NCBI GenBank assembly: GCA_036824005.1
Contig: DAITBA010000001.1
Location: 611,431-675,430, forward strand
From: Rhodocyclaceae bacterium
GTDB lineage: Bacteria > Pseudomonadota > Gammaproteobacteria > Burkholderiales > Rhodocyclaceae
DNA: 64,000 nucleotides
Direction: 5' to 3'
The translations under genes and the position numbers were made by a program. The notes beneath the pieces were generated by a model that worked only from the letters and a program-made list of their open reading frames with translations, was not told the DNA's origin and did not search any database. Below are positions 27,566-38,946 of this stretch, one piece after another. Position 1 is the stretch's first letter. Every line of letters starts with the position of its first letter.

Positions 27566-30493
27566 ATGGATATCGCTCCATCGGCGCTGACGGACAGCGC
27601 TCCCGACCAAGTCCTGGAACAGGAAGTGCATGCCACCGGCGCGCGTCTGTTCGCCGTCGCCCGCCGTCGCCGGCCGCGCATCTACCGCGGGGTGCAGGGA
27701 CTGCTGCTGCGCCAGGCGATGGAAGACACGGGGCTGCGCGATGCCTTGTTCCAGTTCGTCGATGTCATGCCCCAGCTCGGATCCGACGAGGACATCGCAC
27801 GACACTATGGCGCGTACCTGGAGCAGGCCAAACTCCCGGGCTGGCGCGGCGCGCTGTTCGGCCTGGGCGCCCGGCCGGGATTCGCCTGGGCGGTGCGCAT
27901 GGGTGTGGCCCAGTTCGCGCGGCTGTTTCTGGCCGAGGAATCGCCAGCGGCGCTGGGCCGCACCATCCGCTCGCTTGCCCGGGTGCCGGCCCTGGTGACG
28001 GTGGATACCGTCGGCGAGGCCGTGCTCACCGAGGCGGAAGCCGACAACTATCTCGCGCGCAACCTGGCGCTGATCCGCTGGCTCGAGCAGATTGGCCAAG
28101 AGACAGGGCAGGCGCCGCAGTTGTCGATCAAGCTCACCGCGTTGACGGCCCACTTCGATCCCCTCGATTCGGACGGCACGCGTCTGCGCGTGTTCCGGCG
28201 CCTGGAACCGCTCATGGTCGAGGTGGCGCGCACCGGGGCGACGCTGACCATCGACATGGAGCACTACGAGCTCAAGCCGCTCATTCTGGAGCTTTTCCTT
28301 GCCATGCTGGAAGCATGGCCGACGGCCGGCGCGCAGCGACCGTGGCTGCCGGCGATTGCCCTGCAGGCCTATCTGCCCGAGACGACGAACGACCTGGAAA
28401 CAGTGCTCGACGCGGCCCAGCGCTATGGCCGCCGGCTGGGCGTGCGTCTGGTCAAGGGCGCCTACTGGGACCAGGAGCTGGCCTGGTCGGCGCAGCGCAA
28501 CTGGCCGCTGCCCGTGTTCCGCGACAAGGCGCAGACCGATGCGCACTACGAAGACCTGACCCGGCGCCTGCTGGCCAATGCCGACACGCTCTACCCGGCC
28601 ATCGCCAGCCACAACCTGCGCAGCCAGGCCGTCGCGCTCGCCTGGGCGCGGCGGCTTGGCCTGGATGCCGACCGGTGGGAAGCGCAACTGCTCCACGGCA
28701 TGGCCGAGCCCTTGCGCGACGCCCTCGCCGCTGCCGGCGTGCGCGTGCGCGTCTATCTTCCCTGCGGCGAGCTGATCACCGGCATCGCCTACCTGATCCG
28801 GCGCCTGCTGGAAAACACCGCGTCCACCTCCGTCCTGCGCCAGGCCTATGTCGAGGAGGCGGCCCTGGAGTCCCTGCTGGCGCCGCCGCAAGCCGCCGCG
28901 CCTGAATCAGGCATCGAGGCGGCACAGGACCACGGTTTCCGCAACGCACCGCTGACCGATTTCAGCCGGGTCGAGGAACAGTCGGCGTTCCGCGAAGCGC
29001 TCGCCGGCTGGCGCCGCGTTCTGCCCGTGCGCCACGCGCTGGTAATCAGCGGCTGCGCGGCGGCGGCAGAGCAGGCGTATACCGCGCGCAACCCGGCCGA
29101 CCCCGACCATGAACTGGGCTCGGTGGAACTGGCGAGCCTGGCCCATGCCGATCAGGCGGTGGCCAACGCAAACGCTGCCTTTTCCGCCTGGCGCAGCCGC
29201 ACGACCGCGCAGCGCGCCCACATCCTGCGCGCCGCCGCCGATGCCATGGTCGCCGGGCGCCATCGTCTGGCCGCCCTGCAGGTTTTGGAAGTGGGCAAAA
29301 ACCGGCGCGAAGCCGACGCCGACGTCGCCGAGGCGATCGACTTCCTGCGCTACTACGCGGCCGAGGCGGAACGGCTCGCCGGATGGCGCGAGACGGTATC
29401 CTTCCCCGGTGAGACCAACGTCATGGCCTACGAGCCGCGTGGCGTGGCGGTGGTGATTGCGCCCTGGAATTTCCCGCTGGCGATCCTCGCCGGCATGACC
29501 TCGGCGGCGCTGGTCACCGGCAACTGCACCATCATGAAACCGGCGCTGCCCTCGCTGCTGGTCGCCCACGAGCTGCGGCGCCTGCTGCTCGAGGCTGGCG
29601 TGCCGCCGGACGTCTGCCAACTGCTGCCGGGCGATGCTCCGATCGGCGCCCATCTCGTCAGCCATCCCGGCGTCCACGTCATCGCCTTCACCGGCTCGCG
29701 CGCCGTCGGGCTGCAGATCCTCCAGGCCGCCCATACGCCGGCACCCGGGCAGCGCCACGTCAAGCAGGTGGTATGCGAGATGGGTGGCAAGAACGCGCTG
29801 GTGGTCGATCGCGACGCCGATCTCGACGAGGCGGTGCTGCACGTGCTGCACTCGGCCTTCGGCTTCCAGGGACAGAAGTGCTCCGCTGCCTCGCGCCTGA
29901 TCGCCGTCGGCGACGTCCACGACCGCCTGCTGGAGCGGCTGATCGCGGCCATCGACGCGCAGCCCTGGGGTTCGCCGGAAAATCCCCGCTACAGCTTCGG
30001 CCCGCTCATCACCGAGGCGGCGCAGCGCAAGGCGCTGGATTACATTGGCATCGGCAGGATGGAAGGCCGGCTCGTCTATCAAGGCCGCGTGCCGGAACAG
30101 GGCTGGTACGTGCCGCCGACCATATTCACCGACATCCGGCCGGAGCATCGCCTGGCACGGGAGGAGATCTTCGGTCCGGTGCTGGCGGTGCTGCGTGCCC
30201 GCAGCTTCGAGGAGGCACTGGCCATCGCCCAGGACTGCGATTACGCGCTGACCGGCGGCGTGTGTTCGCGGCTGCCCGATCACCTGGCGCTGGCGCGTGA
30301 TTGCTATCGCGTCGGCAATCTCTATCTCAATCGAAAAATCACCGGCGCCCGCGTCGGCGCCCAGCCCTTCGGCGGCGTGCGCCTGTCCGGCACCGGTATC
30401 CAGGCCGGCGGACCGGACTACCTCAAGCAGTTCATGTGGAGCCGCGTGGTCAGCACCAACACCTTCCGCCACGGCTTTATCCCTTCGCAGTAA
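27566..30493 (+). CDS. putA: Bifunctional proline dehydrogenase / L-glutamate-gamma-semialdehyde (P5C) dehydrogenase, PutA without DNA-binding domain
   Basis: In-frame Met (MDIAPSALTD) of track ORF 26759..30493; the upstream 269 codons overlap the OMP gene and are spurious. PRODH barrel (LSIKLTAL, VRLVKGAYWD, LIRRLLENTASTS) is followed by an ALDH domain (EMGGKNALVVD, FGFQGQKCSAASR). Confidence 0.88.
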   Translation: MDIAPSALTDSAPDQVLEQEVHATGARLFAVARRRRPRIYRGVQGLLLRQAMEDTGLRDALFQFVDVMPQLGSDEDIARHYGAYLEQAKLPGWRGALFGLGARPGFAWAVRMGVAQFARLFLAEESPAALGRTIRSLARVPALVTVDTVGEAVLTEAEADNYLARNLALIRWLEQIGQETGQAPQLSIKLTALTAHFDPLDSDGTRLRVFRRLEPLMVEVARTGATLTIDMEHYELKPLILELFLAMLEAWPTAGAQRPWLPAIALQAYLPETTNDLETVLDAAQRYGRRLGVRLVKGAYWDQELAWSAQRNWPLPVFRDKAQTDAHYEDLTRRLLANADTLYPAIASHNLRSQAVALAWARRLGLDADRWEAQLLHGMAEPLRDALAAAGVRVRVYLPCGELITGIAYLIRRLLENTASTSVLRQAYVEEAALESLLAPPQAAAPESGIEAAQDHGFRNAPLTDFSRVEEQSAFREALAGWRRVLPVRHALVISGCAAAAEQAYTARNPADPDHELGSVELASLAHADQAVANANAAFSAWRSRTTAQRAHILRAAADAMVAGRHRLAALQVLEVGKNRREADADVAEAIDFLRYYAAEAERLAGWRETVSFPGETNVMAYEPRGVAVVIAPWNFPLAILAGMTSAALVTGNCTIMKPALPSLLVAHELRRLLLEAGVPPDVCQLLPGDAPIGAHLVSHPGVHVIAFTGSRAVGLQILQAAHTPAPGQRHVKQVVCEMGGKNALVVDRDADLDEAVLHVLHSAFGFQGQKCSAASRLIAVGDVHDRLLERLIAAIDAQPWGSPENPRYSFGPLITEAAQRKALDYIGIGRMEGRLVYQGRVPEQGWYVPPTIFTDIRPEHRLAREEIFGPVLAVLRARSFEEALAIAQDCDYALTGGVCSRLPDHLALARDCYRVGNLYLNRKITGARVGAQPFGGVRLSGTGIQAGGPDYLKQFMWSRVVSTNTFRHGFIPSQ

Positions 30494-30620
30494 GCCGAAC
30501 AAGCGGCGAACGAAAACGCCGCCGCGGCACTCAAAGTGTGCAATGGGGCGGCACGGTGCCGCGCTTCGCCACAAGCGAAGGAAGGTCCGCCGCCGTGTGA
30601 CGTTCCGAATGGGGGCGTGT

Positions 30621-32747
30621 ATGAGGGTCGTATCGGATCTCCCGGGCGCGTTCCGGCCAGTTCATTGCATAGGTGTCGCCAGCAGCCTGGGGGCTGCGGA
30701 TTTCGGCTGCGCCGAGGGTCCGCAGGTATTGCGCGAGCGAGGGCTGGTGAGCAAGTTGCGCCGTGGCGGCGTCGACGCCGCGTGGCGGGCGATGCTGCTG
30801 CCCGACGAGGCGGGCGGCAACCTGCAGCGCCTGGCCGTGCTCGGCGCGCGTCTCGCCCATCAGGTCGAGCAGGTCGTGCGGCGCGGCGAACGGGCGCTAG
30901 TGCTGGGGGGCGATCATTCCTGCGCCGTGGGTACCTGGCGGGGTGCCGCTCGCGCCCTAGGCGTCAGCGGACGCGGAACGGCCCGCTTCGGCCTGATCTG
31001 GATCGACGCCCATCTCGACGCCCACGTGCCGGAGACCACGCCGAGCAACAATCTGCATGGCATGCCGCTGGCGGCGTTGCTCGGCCAGGGCGCGCCGGAG
31101 ATGGCGGGGATCGAGGGACCGCTGCTGGCGCCGGAAAGTGTCTGCGTGCTGGGTGTACGCAGCTTCGAAGCGGAGGAAGCGCTGCTGCTGGCCCTGCTCG
31201 GCGTGCGCGTGTTCGACATGGAGGAGATCGGCAGGCGCGGCCTGACCGATGTGCTGCAGGACGCGCTGACCATCGCGCGGCGCGACACCGACGCCTTCGG
31301 CGTGACCCTGGATCTGGATGCCATCGACCCGCGCGATGCGCCGGCGGTCGGCACGCCCGTGGCCGAGGGTCTGCGCGCCGAGGAACTGCTTGCCGCCCTG
31401 CGCGTGCTGCGCGGCTGCGAGGACCTGGTGGCGTTCGAGATCGCCGAGTTCGACCCCAACTACGACCGCGATGGCAAAACCGCGCGGCTGATCACCGATC
31501 TTGCCGATGCCGTGCTGGCGCCGGATGCGGCGGCGCTCATGGCCATGGAGCGCCGCTACGGCGCACGCAACTACGATCCCCTGCCGGTCGCGCTCGCGCG
31601 CGGCGAAGGCGCCTGGGTCTGGGATGTGGACGGCAAGCGTTACCTCGATATGATGTCGGCGTATTCTGCGGCCAGCTTCGGCCACTGCCATCCGCGCCTG
31701 ACCAGCGCCTTGGCGCGGCAGGCGCAGCGCCTGGGCGTCACCTCGCGCGCCTATTACAACGACCGGCTGCCACTGCTGCTCAAGCGCCTGTGCGCGCTGA
31801 CCGGGTTCGATCAGGCGCTGCCGGTGAACACCGGGCTCGAGGCGGTGGAGACGGCGCTCAAGGCAGCGCGCAAGTGGGCCTACACGGTCAAGGGCGTGGC
31901 CGCCGAGGCGGCGGAGATCATCGTCTGCGAGGGCAACTTCCACGGCCGCTCGATCGCCATCGTCGGCTTTTCGTCCGAGCCGCAATACCGCGACGGCTTC
32001 GGTCCCTTCCCGGCCGGCTTCAAGCGGGTGCCCTTCGGCGACGCCGATGCGCTGGAAGCCGCCATCGGCGCCAATACCGCCGCCTTCCTGGTCGAGCCGG
32101 TGCAGGGCGAGGGCGGCATCATCGTGCCGCCGCCCGGCTACCTGGCGCGCTGCGCCGAGATATGTCGTCGTCACAACGTGCTGTTGCTCTGCGATGAAGT
32201 GCAGACCGGGCTCGGGCGCACCGGCCGCCTGCTCGCCTGCCAGCACGACGCGGTGCGCCCCGACGGCGTGATCCTGGGCAAGGCACTGGGCGGCGGGCTG
32301 CTGCCGGTGTCTGCCTTCCTGGCGCGGCGGGAGGTAATGCAAGTGTTCCGCCCCGGCGATCATGGCAGCACTTTCGGCGGCAATCCGCTCGCCGCGGCAG
32401 TGGCCCTCGAAACGCTCGAGGTGCTGGCCGACGAGCATCTCGTGGAGCGTGCCGCGGCCCTGGGCGAGATCCTGATGAAGGGTCTGGATGCCATCGACAG
32501 TCCGCTCATCCGCGAGGTGCGCGGCCTCGGCCTGCTGGTTGGCATGGAAGTCGATGGGCGGCAGATCAGTGCCCGCACGATCTGCGACCATTTGCTGGCA
32601 CGCGGCCTGCTGACCAGGGATACGCACGAGACAGTGATCCGCTTCGCGCCACCGCTCGTCGTCAGCCGCGAGCAGATCGAATGGGCAGTGCGCACCGTGC
32701 GCGACGTCTTCGAAATACTCGGTTCGCCCCTGCGCAAGGCGGCATAA
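30621..32747 (+). CDS. Fusion protein: arginase (N-terminal, about aa 1-300) + ornithine--oxo-acid aminotransferase (C-terminal, about aa 305-708)
   Basis: Single uninterrupted frame (track ORF 30297..32747; start ATG 30621 or 30609). Arginase motifs: [52 protein letters not shown]. Then directly [81 protein letters not shown] (class-III aminotransferase, RocD-like). Confidence 0.85.
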   Translation: MRVVSDLPGAFRPVHCIGVASSLGAADFGCAEGPQVLRERGLVSKLRRGGVDAAWRAMLLPDEAGGNLQRLAVLGARLAHQVEQVVRRGERALVLGGDHSCAVGTWRGAARALGVSGRGTARFGLIWIDAHLDAHVPETTPSNNLHGMPLAALLGQGAPEMAGIEGPLLAPESVCVLGVRSFEAEEALLLALLGVRVFDMEEIGRRGLTDVLQDALTIARRDTDAFGVTLDLDAIDPRDAPAVGTPVAEGLRAEELLAALRVLRGCEDLVAFEIAEFDPNYDRDGKTARLITDLADAVLAPDAAALMAMERRYGARNYDPLPVALARGEGAWVWDVDGKRYLDMMSAYSAASFGHCHPRLTSALARQAQRLGVTSRAYYNDRLPLLLKRLCALTGFDQALPVNTGLEAVETALKAARKWAYTVKGVAAEAAEIIVCEGNFHGRSIAIVGFSSEPQYRDGFGPFPAGFKRVPFGDADALEAAIGANTAAFLVEPVQGEGGIIVPPPGYLARCAEICRRHNVLLLCDEVQTGLGRTGRLLACQHDAVRPDGVILGKALGGGLLPVSAFLARREVMQVFRPGDHGSTFGGNPLAAAVALETLEVLADEHLVERAAALGEILMKGLDAIDSPLIREVRGLGLLVGMEVDGRQISARTICDHLLARGLLTRDTHETVIRFAPPLVVSREQIEWAVRTVRDVFEILGSPLRKAA

Positions 32748-32758
32748 GGAGGCGGACC

Positions 32759-34300
<1,542 letters not shown>

Positions 34301-34334
34301 GCGCCGCGCTCCCCCTCGTCCCGCGGACAGCCAT

Positions 34335-34434
34335 TCACCGCAGAGGACACAGAGGACGCAAAGGCACTTCGGTCAGGCGGCGCTTCTGACTCTCCTCTGC
34401 GTCCTCCGCGTCCTCTGTGGTGGAGCGGATTTCT
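34335..34434. repeat. Intergenic palindromic element, copy D
   Basis: tcaccgcagaggacacagaggacgcaaagg ... cctctgcgtcctccgcgtcctctgtggtgga. Confidence 0.85.
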
Positions 34435-34487
34435 CGGATTCGCTGGACAGTCGGATCCTTCCGCGCAGGGCGGCTTCAGCGCGTTTT

Positions 34488-34496
34488 TGCTAGAAT
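34488..34496 (+). promoter_or_regulatory. Extended -10 candidate (TGcTAGAAT) upstream of the symporter gene
   Basis: TGnTAGAAT about 58 nt upstream of ATG 34554, just downstream of repeat copy D. Confidence 0.35.
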
Positions 34497-34553
34497 GCGC
34501 CGTTCGTCCGCGCGCGGGGCTGTCCCCGTTCCCTTTCCTCCAAGGACCCGCCG

Positions 34554-36077
34554 ATGCTGCTCTGGTTCGTCATCCTTTATCTCATGGTTTCCGTCGGCAT
34601 CGGTCTGTACGCGGCTACCCGCGTCCACAACACCAAGGACTTCGCCGTGGCCGGCCGCAGCCTGCCCCTGCCGGTGGTCACCGCCACGGTGTTCGCCACC
34701 TGGTTCGGCGCCGAGGCGGTGTTCGGGGTGTCGGCACAGTTCGTCAAGGAAGGACTGAAGGGCGTTGTCGCCGACCCGTTTGGCTCCTCCACCTGCCTGA
34801 TCGTCGCCGGCTTCTTCTTCGCCACCCAGCTATACAAGCTGAATATCCTCACCGTCGGCGACTTCTACCGCATGCGCTACAACCGCACGGTGGAGGTGAT
34901 CACCTCGCTGTGCATCGTCGTCTCCTACCTGGGCTGGGTATCGGCCCAGATCAAAGCCATGGGGCTGATCTTCTACATGGTGACCGACGGCGCGGTCAGC
35001 CAGAGCGCGGGCATGGTGCTCGGCGCACTGATCGTGCTGACCTACACCACGTTCGGCGGCATGTTCTCGGTGGCCATCCTGGATTTCGTGCAGATGACCG
35101 TGACCATGGGCGGTCTGCTCTACATCGGCTACGTGGTCAGCGGCATGACCGGCGGCGTCGGCGCCGTCATCAGCCACGCCAGCGCCGCGGGCAAGTTCGA
35201 GTTCCTGCCGCCGGCCGATCCGTGGCTCTGGATCAGCTTCATCGGCGCCTGGGTGACCATGATGTTGGGATCGGTGCCGCAGCAGGACGTGTTCCAGCGC
35301 ATCACCTCCGCCAAGTCGGCGCGCATCGCCGTCAGCGGCTCGGTGCTCGGCGCCTCGCTCTACTTCTGCTTCACGTTCGTGCCCATGTTCATCGCCTATT
35401 CGGCGACGTTGATCGACCCGCAGGTATTCGGGGATCTGGTGGAGAAAGATTCGCAGCTCGTACTGCCGACCCTGGTGCTGCAGCACATGCCACTGCTGGC
35501 GCAGATCCTGTTCTTCGGCGCGGTGCTGTCGGCGATCATGAGTTGCTCGTCGGCGACACTGCTGGCGCCGTCGGTCACCTTCGCCGAGAACATCGTCAAG
35601 GGCTTCTACCCAGGCATGAGCGACCGCAAGTTCCTCCTTCTGATGCGTTCCACCCTGGTCGGCTTCGCGTGCGCCGTGCTGCTTTACGCGCTCAACTCCG
35701 AACTGTCCATCTTCCACATGGTCGAGAGCGCTTACAAGATCACGCTCGCCGGCGCATTCGTGCCGCTGTTCTTCGGTGCCTTCTGGAAGCGCTCCACCAC
35801 GCAGGGGGCGCTGTGCGCGACGCTGGGCGGACTGCTGTCCTGGATCCTGATCGAAGTGCTGATCGGCGAGGACAGCCCGGTACCGCCGCAGTTGATCGGG
35901 CTCGCCATCAGCGCCGTGGGCATGGTCGCGGGTTCGCTGCTGCCGCAGTGGGTGGGCCGGCCGACGCCGCTTCATCCGGCGCACGAAGCGCTGCACCATC
36001 ACGCGCCGGCGCAGACCCACCACGTCGGCGAGCCGGCCCATCACCATCCCCACGAGCCGGGCAAGCACGGCGTCTGA
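34554..36077 (+). CDS. Sodium:solute symporter family (SSF, PutP/PanF-like) transporter with His-rich C-terminal tail
   Basis: 507 aa, about 13 TM segments, FAVAGRSLPLPVVTATVFATWFGAEAVFG (SSF signature region). The tail is HPAHEALHHHAPAQTHHVGEPAHHHPHEPGKHGV. Confidence 0.87.
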   Translation: MLLWFVILYLMVSVGIGLYAATRVHNTKDFAVAGRSLPLPVVTATVFATWFGAEAVFGVSAQFVKEGLKGVVADPFGSSTCLIVAGFFFATQLYKLNILTVGDFYRMRYNRTVEVITSLCIVVSYLGWVSAQIKAMGLIFYMVTDGAVSQSAGMVLGALIVLTYTTFGGMFSVAILDFVQMTVTMGGLLYIGYVVSGMTGGVGAVISHASAAGKFEFLPPADPWLWISFIGAWVTMMLGSVPQQDVFQRITSAKSARIAVSGSVLGASLYFCFTFVPMFIAYSATLIDPQVFGDLVEKDSQLVLPTLVLQHMPLLAQILFFGAVLSAIMSCSSATLLAPSVTFAENIVKGFYPGMSDRKFLLLMRSTLVGFACAVLLYALNSELSIFHMVESAYKITLAGAFVPLFFGAFWKRSTTQGALCATLGGLLSWILIEVLIGEDSPVPPQLIGLAISAVGMVAGSLLPQWVGRPTPLHPAHEALHHHAPAQTHHVGEPAHHHPHEPGKHGV

Positions 36078-36141
36078 ACGGGGGCGCCGCACCGTGCGCA
36101 CGCCGCTGACGACTGCCACAGGTCGTCGCTAGCCGTCGGCC

Positions 36142-37227
36142 ATGGCCCTGCTGGAGATCCGCAACGTCACGCGCCGCTACGGCGCCCTGGTTGCCGTGGA
36201 TGACGTTACGCTGGACATCGAGGCGGGCGAGTTCTTCACCCTGCTCGGTCCCTCGGGCTGCGGCAAGACGACGCTGCTGCGCATGATCGCCGGCTTCGAG
36301 CAGCCCGATGCCGGTAGCATTGTCCTCGACGGCGTCGATCTCGCCGCCACGCCGGCCGAGCGGCGCCCGGTGCACACCGTATTCCAGAGCTACGCCCTGT
36401 TCCCGCACATGACGGTGGCGCAGAACGTGGCCTTCCCGCTGAAGATGTCGGGCAAGTCCGTGACGGAGACCGCGCGCCGGGTGAGTGAAGTGCTCGACCA
36501 GGTGCACCTCGCCGACAAGGCCGACCAGTTTCCCCACGAACTGTCCGGCGGCCAGAAGCAGCGCGTTGCGCTCGCCCGCGGTATCGTCAATCGGCCGCGC
36601 CTGCTGCTCCTCGACGAGCCGCTCGGTGCCCTCGACGCCAAGCTGCGGGTGGAGATGCAGTTCGAGCTGATCAAGCTGCAGCGCGACGTCGGCATCACCT
36701 TCGTCTTCGTCACCCACGCCCAGCAGGAGGCGCTGGCGCTCTCGCACCGCATCGCCGTGATGAACCGCGGCCGCATCGAGCAGGTGGACGAGCCCTCGAA
36801 GCTCTACGGCATGCCGCGCAGCCGCTTCGTCGCCGATTTCATCGGCAGCATCAATCTCTTTGCCTGCGAGGTGGTGGAAACAACGGGCGGCCACCTGCGG
36901 CTGCACGTAGACCAGCTCGGTGAGGTGATGGCACCGCTAGCAGCAGGCGCGCGGGCGGGGCAGCGCGGGGCCTTCGCCCTGCGTCCTGAGCAGGCGCGGC
37001 TGTGTACCCACGCCGAGCAACCGCACCTGAAAAATCGCTTCACCGGTCGCGTGCGCGACTTTCTCTACATCGGCGACGTCACCACCTACATCGTCGATCT
37101 GGAAAGCGGCGCGTCGATCCGGGCGCTGCTGCCGAACTCGGCGCCGGGGCGTGCGATGTTCTTTCAGGCGGGTGATGCCGTTGCGGTGGAGTGGCGCCAC
37201 GACGCGGGAATCTTCCTCGGTGAATAG
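36142..37227 (+). CDS. potA: Spermidine/putrescine ABC transporter ATP-binding protein
   Basis: GPSGCGKTT (Walker A), LSGGQKQRVALAR, LLLLDEP, plus a C-terminal TOBE-like regulatory domain. Confidence 0.9.
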   Translation: MALLEIRNVTRRYGALVAVDDVTLDIEAGEFFTLLGPSGCGKTTLLRMIAGFEQPDAGSIVLDGVDLAATPAERRPVHTVFQSYALFPHMTVAQNVAFPLKMSGKSVTETARRVSEVLDQVHLADKADQFPHELSGGQKQRVALARGIVNRPRLLLLDEPLGALDAKLRVEMQFELIKLQRDVGITFVFVTHAQQEALALSHRIAVMNRGRIEQVDEPSKLYGMPRSRFVADFIGSINLFACEVVETTGGHLRLHVDQLGEVMAPLAAGARAGQRGAFALRPEQARLCTHAEQPHLKNRFTGRVRDFLYIGDVTTYIVDLESGASIRALLPNSAPGRAMFFQAGDAVAVEWRHDAGIFLGE

Positions 37228-37270
37228 CGCGGACCGCGCATCGGCGCTTGGCACGGTGTCGGGCCGCGCC

Positions 37271-38083
37271 ATGGCCTGGCTAGTGGGCGGGCCGCCGTTT
37301 CTGTTCCTGACGCTGTTCTTCCTGCTGCCGAGCCTCATCATGGTGGTGGCGAGCCTGCGCTTTCCCGGCGAATACGGCGGATTGGCGCCGCTGGTGGCCG
37401 CCCGGCCGGGCGAGGAGGCCGGGCTCACGGTCGAGAACTACGAGGTGTTTCTCGGCGACTGGATCTATGCCGCGATTTTCGCCAAGTCCTTCGGCGTGGC
37501 CGCGCTCACGACGCTCACCTGCCTGGTCATGGCCTACCCCGTGGCGCTGCTCATCGCCCGCAGCCCGAAGAAGCACCGCGACCTGATGGTGCTGCTGGTC
37601 ATCCTGCCCTTCGCCAGCAACTTCCTGGTGCGCGTCTATGCCTGGATGATCATCCTCGGTCCGCTCGACCTGCTGTTCTCGCGCACCGCGGTGATCGTTG
37701 GCATGGTCTATGTGCACCTGCCGTTCATGATCCTGCCGCTCTACACCAACCTGGAGAAGCACGACCCCGTGCTGCTCGACGCCGCCCAGGATCTCGGTGC
37801 CAACGCCTGGGCGCGCTTCTGGCGCGTCACCTTCCCGCTGTCGCTGCCCGGCATCTTCTCCGGCGCGGCGCTGGTGTTCATCCCGGTGCTGGGCATGTTC
37901 GCCATTCCCGAAATCCTCGGCGGCAAGGATGATTGGCTGGTGGGCAACATGATCAAGGAATCCTTCCTCGGCACCCGCGACTGGCCCTTCGGCTCCATGC
38001 TCTCCATCATGCTGACGCTGGCCGTGCTTGCGGTGGCGGGTATCGCCGCCTGGCTCGCCCGGGTCGGAGGCCGGCATGCGTAG
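37271..38083 (+). CDS. potB: Spermidine/putrescine ABC transporter permease
   Basis: ORF 37151..38083. ATG 37271 chosen (MAWLVGGPPFLFLTLFFLLP); alternative GTG 37220 overlaps the potA stop. Contains the EAA-like loop LLDAAQDLGANAWARFWRVTFPLSLPG. Confidence 0.85.
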   Translation: MAWLVGGPPFLFLTLFFLLPSLIMVVASLRFPGEYGGLAPLVAARPGEEAGLTVENYEVFLGDWIYAAIFAKSFGVAALTTLTCLVMAYPVALLIARSPKKHRDLMVLLVILPFASNFLVRVYAWMIILGPLDLLFSRTAVIVGMVYVHLPFMILPLYTNLEKHDPVLLDAAQDLGANAWARFWRVTFPLSLPGIFSGAALVFIPVLGMFAIPEILGGKDDWLVGNMIKESFLGTRDWPFGSMLSIMLTLAVLAVAGIAAWLARVGGRHA

Positions 38084-38855
38084 GTCATCCTGGCTGTGGC
38101 TGAGCGCCGGTGCGGTGTATGCCTTTCTCTACGTGCCGCTGGCGGTGGTGGTGGCGTTCTCCTTCAACGACTCGAAGCTCTCCGCCGAGTGGGTCGGCTT
38201 CACCCTCGACTGGTACGCGAAACTCTACGACGACGAGGAGATGCTGCTGGCCGCGCGCAATTCGCTCTTCATCGCCCTGGTTGCCTCGGCAGTCGCCACC
38301 GTGCTCGGCACCATGGCCGGCGTCGCCATCCACCGTTACCGGCTGCGCCTGCTCCTGCCCATGGTGCTCACGCCCGTGGCCATGCCGGAGATCCTGCTCG
38401 GCGTGTCGCTGCTCATTTTCTTCATCTCGGTGTTCGGCCAGGAGTCGCTCGGCCTGCTCACGGTCATCCTCGCCCACATCACCTTCTGCATCGGTTTCGT
38501 CGCCATCATCGTGCGCGCCCGTCTGTCCGGAATGGACGAGAGTATCTTCGAGGCGGCACGCGACCTGGGTGCGACGCCCTGGCAGGGCTTCCGCCTCATC
38601 ACCCTGCCGCTCATCATGCCGGCGGTGGTCGCCGGCTTCCTCATGTCCTTCACCCTGTCCATCGACGATTTCGTTGTTACATTTTTCACCGCCGGCGTGG
38701 GCGTGAAGACCTTGCCGTTGACCATCTACTCCATGATCAAGATCGCCGTGACGCCGGAGGTGAATGCCATCTCGACCCTGCTCATGGCACTGACGCTGGC
38801 GATGATCGCGGCCGCTTCGCGCATTGCGCCGGAGGTGATCAAGGGGCGGGGGTGA
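38076..38855 (+). CDS. potC: Spermidine/putrescine ABC transporter permease
   Basis: ORF 38028..38855 trimmed to MRRSSWLWLSAGAVYAFLYVPL. 8-nt overlap with potB. Contains IFEAARDLGATPWQGFRLITLPLIMP. Confidence 0.88.
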   Translation: MRRSSWLWLSAGAVYAFLYVPLAVVVAFSFNDSKLSAEWVGFTLDWYAKLYDDEEMLLAARNSLFIALVASAVATVLGTMAGVAIHRYRLRLLLPMVLTPVAMPEILLGVSLLIFFISVFGQESLGLLTVILAHITFCIGFVAIIVRARLSGMDESIFEAARDLGATPWQGFRLITLPLIMPAVVAGFLMSFTLSIDDFVVTFFTAGVGVKTLPLTIYSMIKIAVTPEVNAISTLLMALTLAMIAAASRIAPEVIKGRG

Positions 38856-38865
38856 AAGTGCGGCG

Positions 38866-38946
38866 CACCACAGAGACACAGAGGCTCAGAGGGTTTCACA
38901 GAGACATGCTCTGTGTGATTTTCTCAGTGATTTTGTGTCTCATTGG
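38866..38946. repeat. Intergenic palindromic element, copy E (right arm degenerate and overlapping the potD-like start)
   Basis: Left arm caccacagagacacagaggctcagag matches copy A. The right part ctctgtgtgattttctcagtgattttgtgtctcattgg is a decayed inverted arm. Confidence 0.7.

Noticed and set aside
27562-27577. Sigma-54-like -24/-12 match TGGCATGGATATCGCT (GG-N10-GC)
   Set aside because: It overlaps the putA start codon itself (ATG 27566), so transcription from it would remove the start. It also lacks the TTGC core. Probably coincidental.
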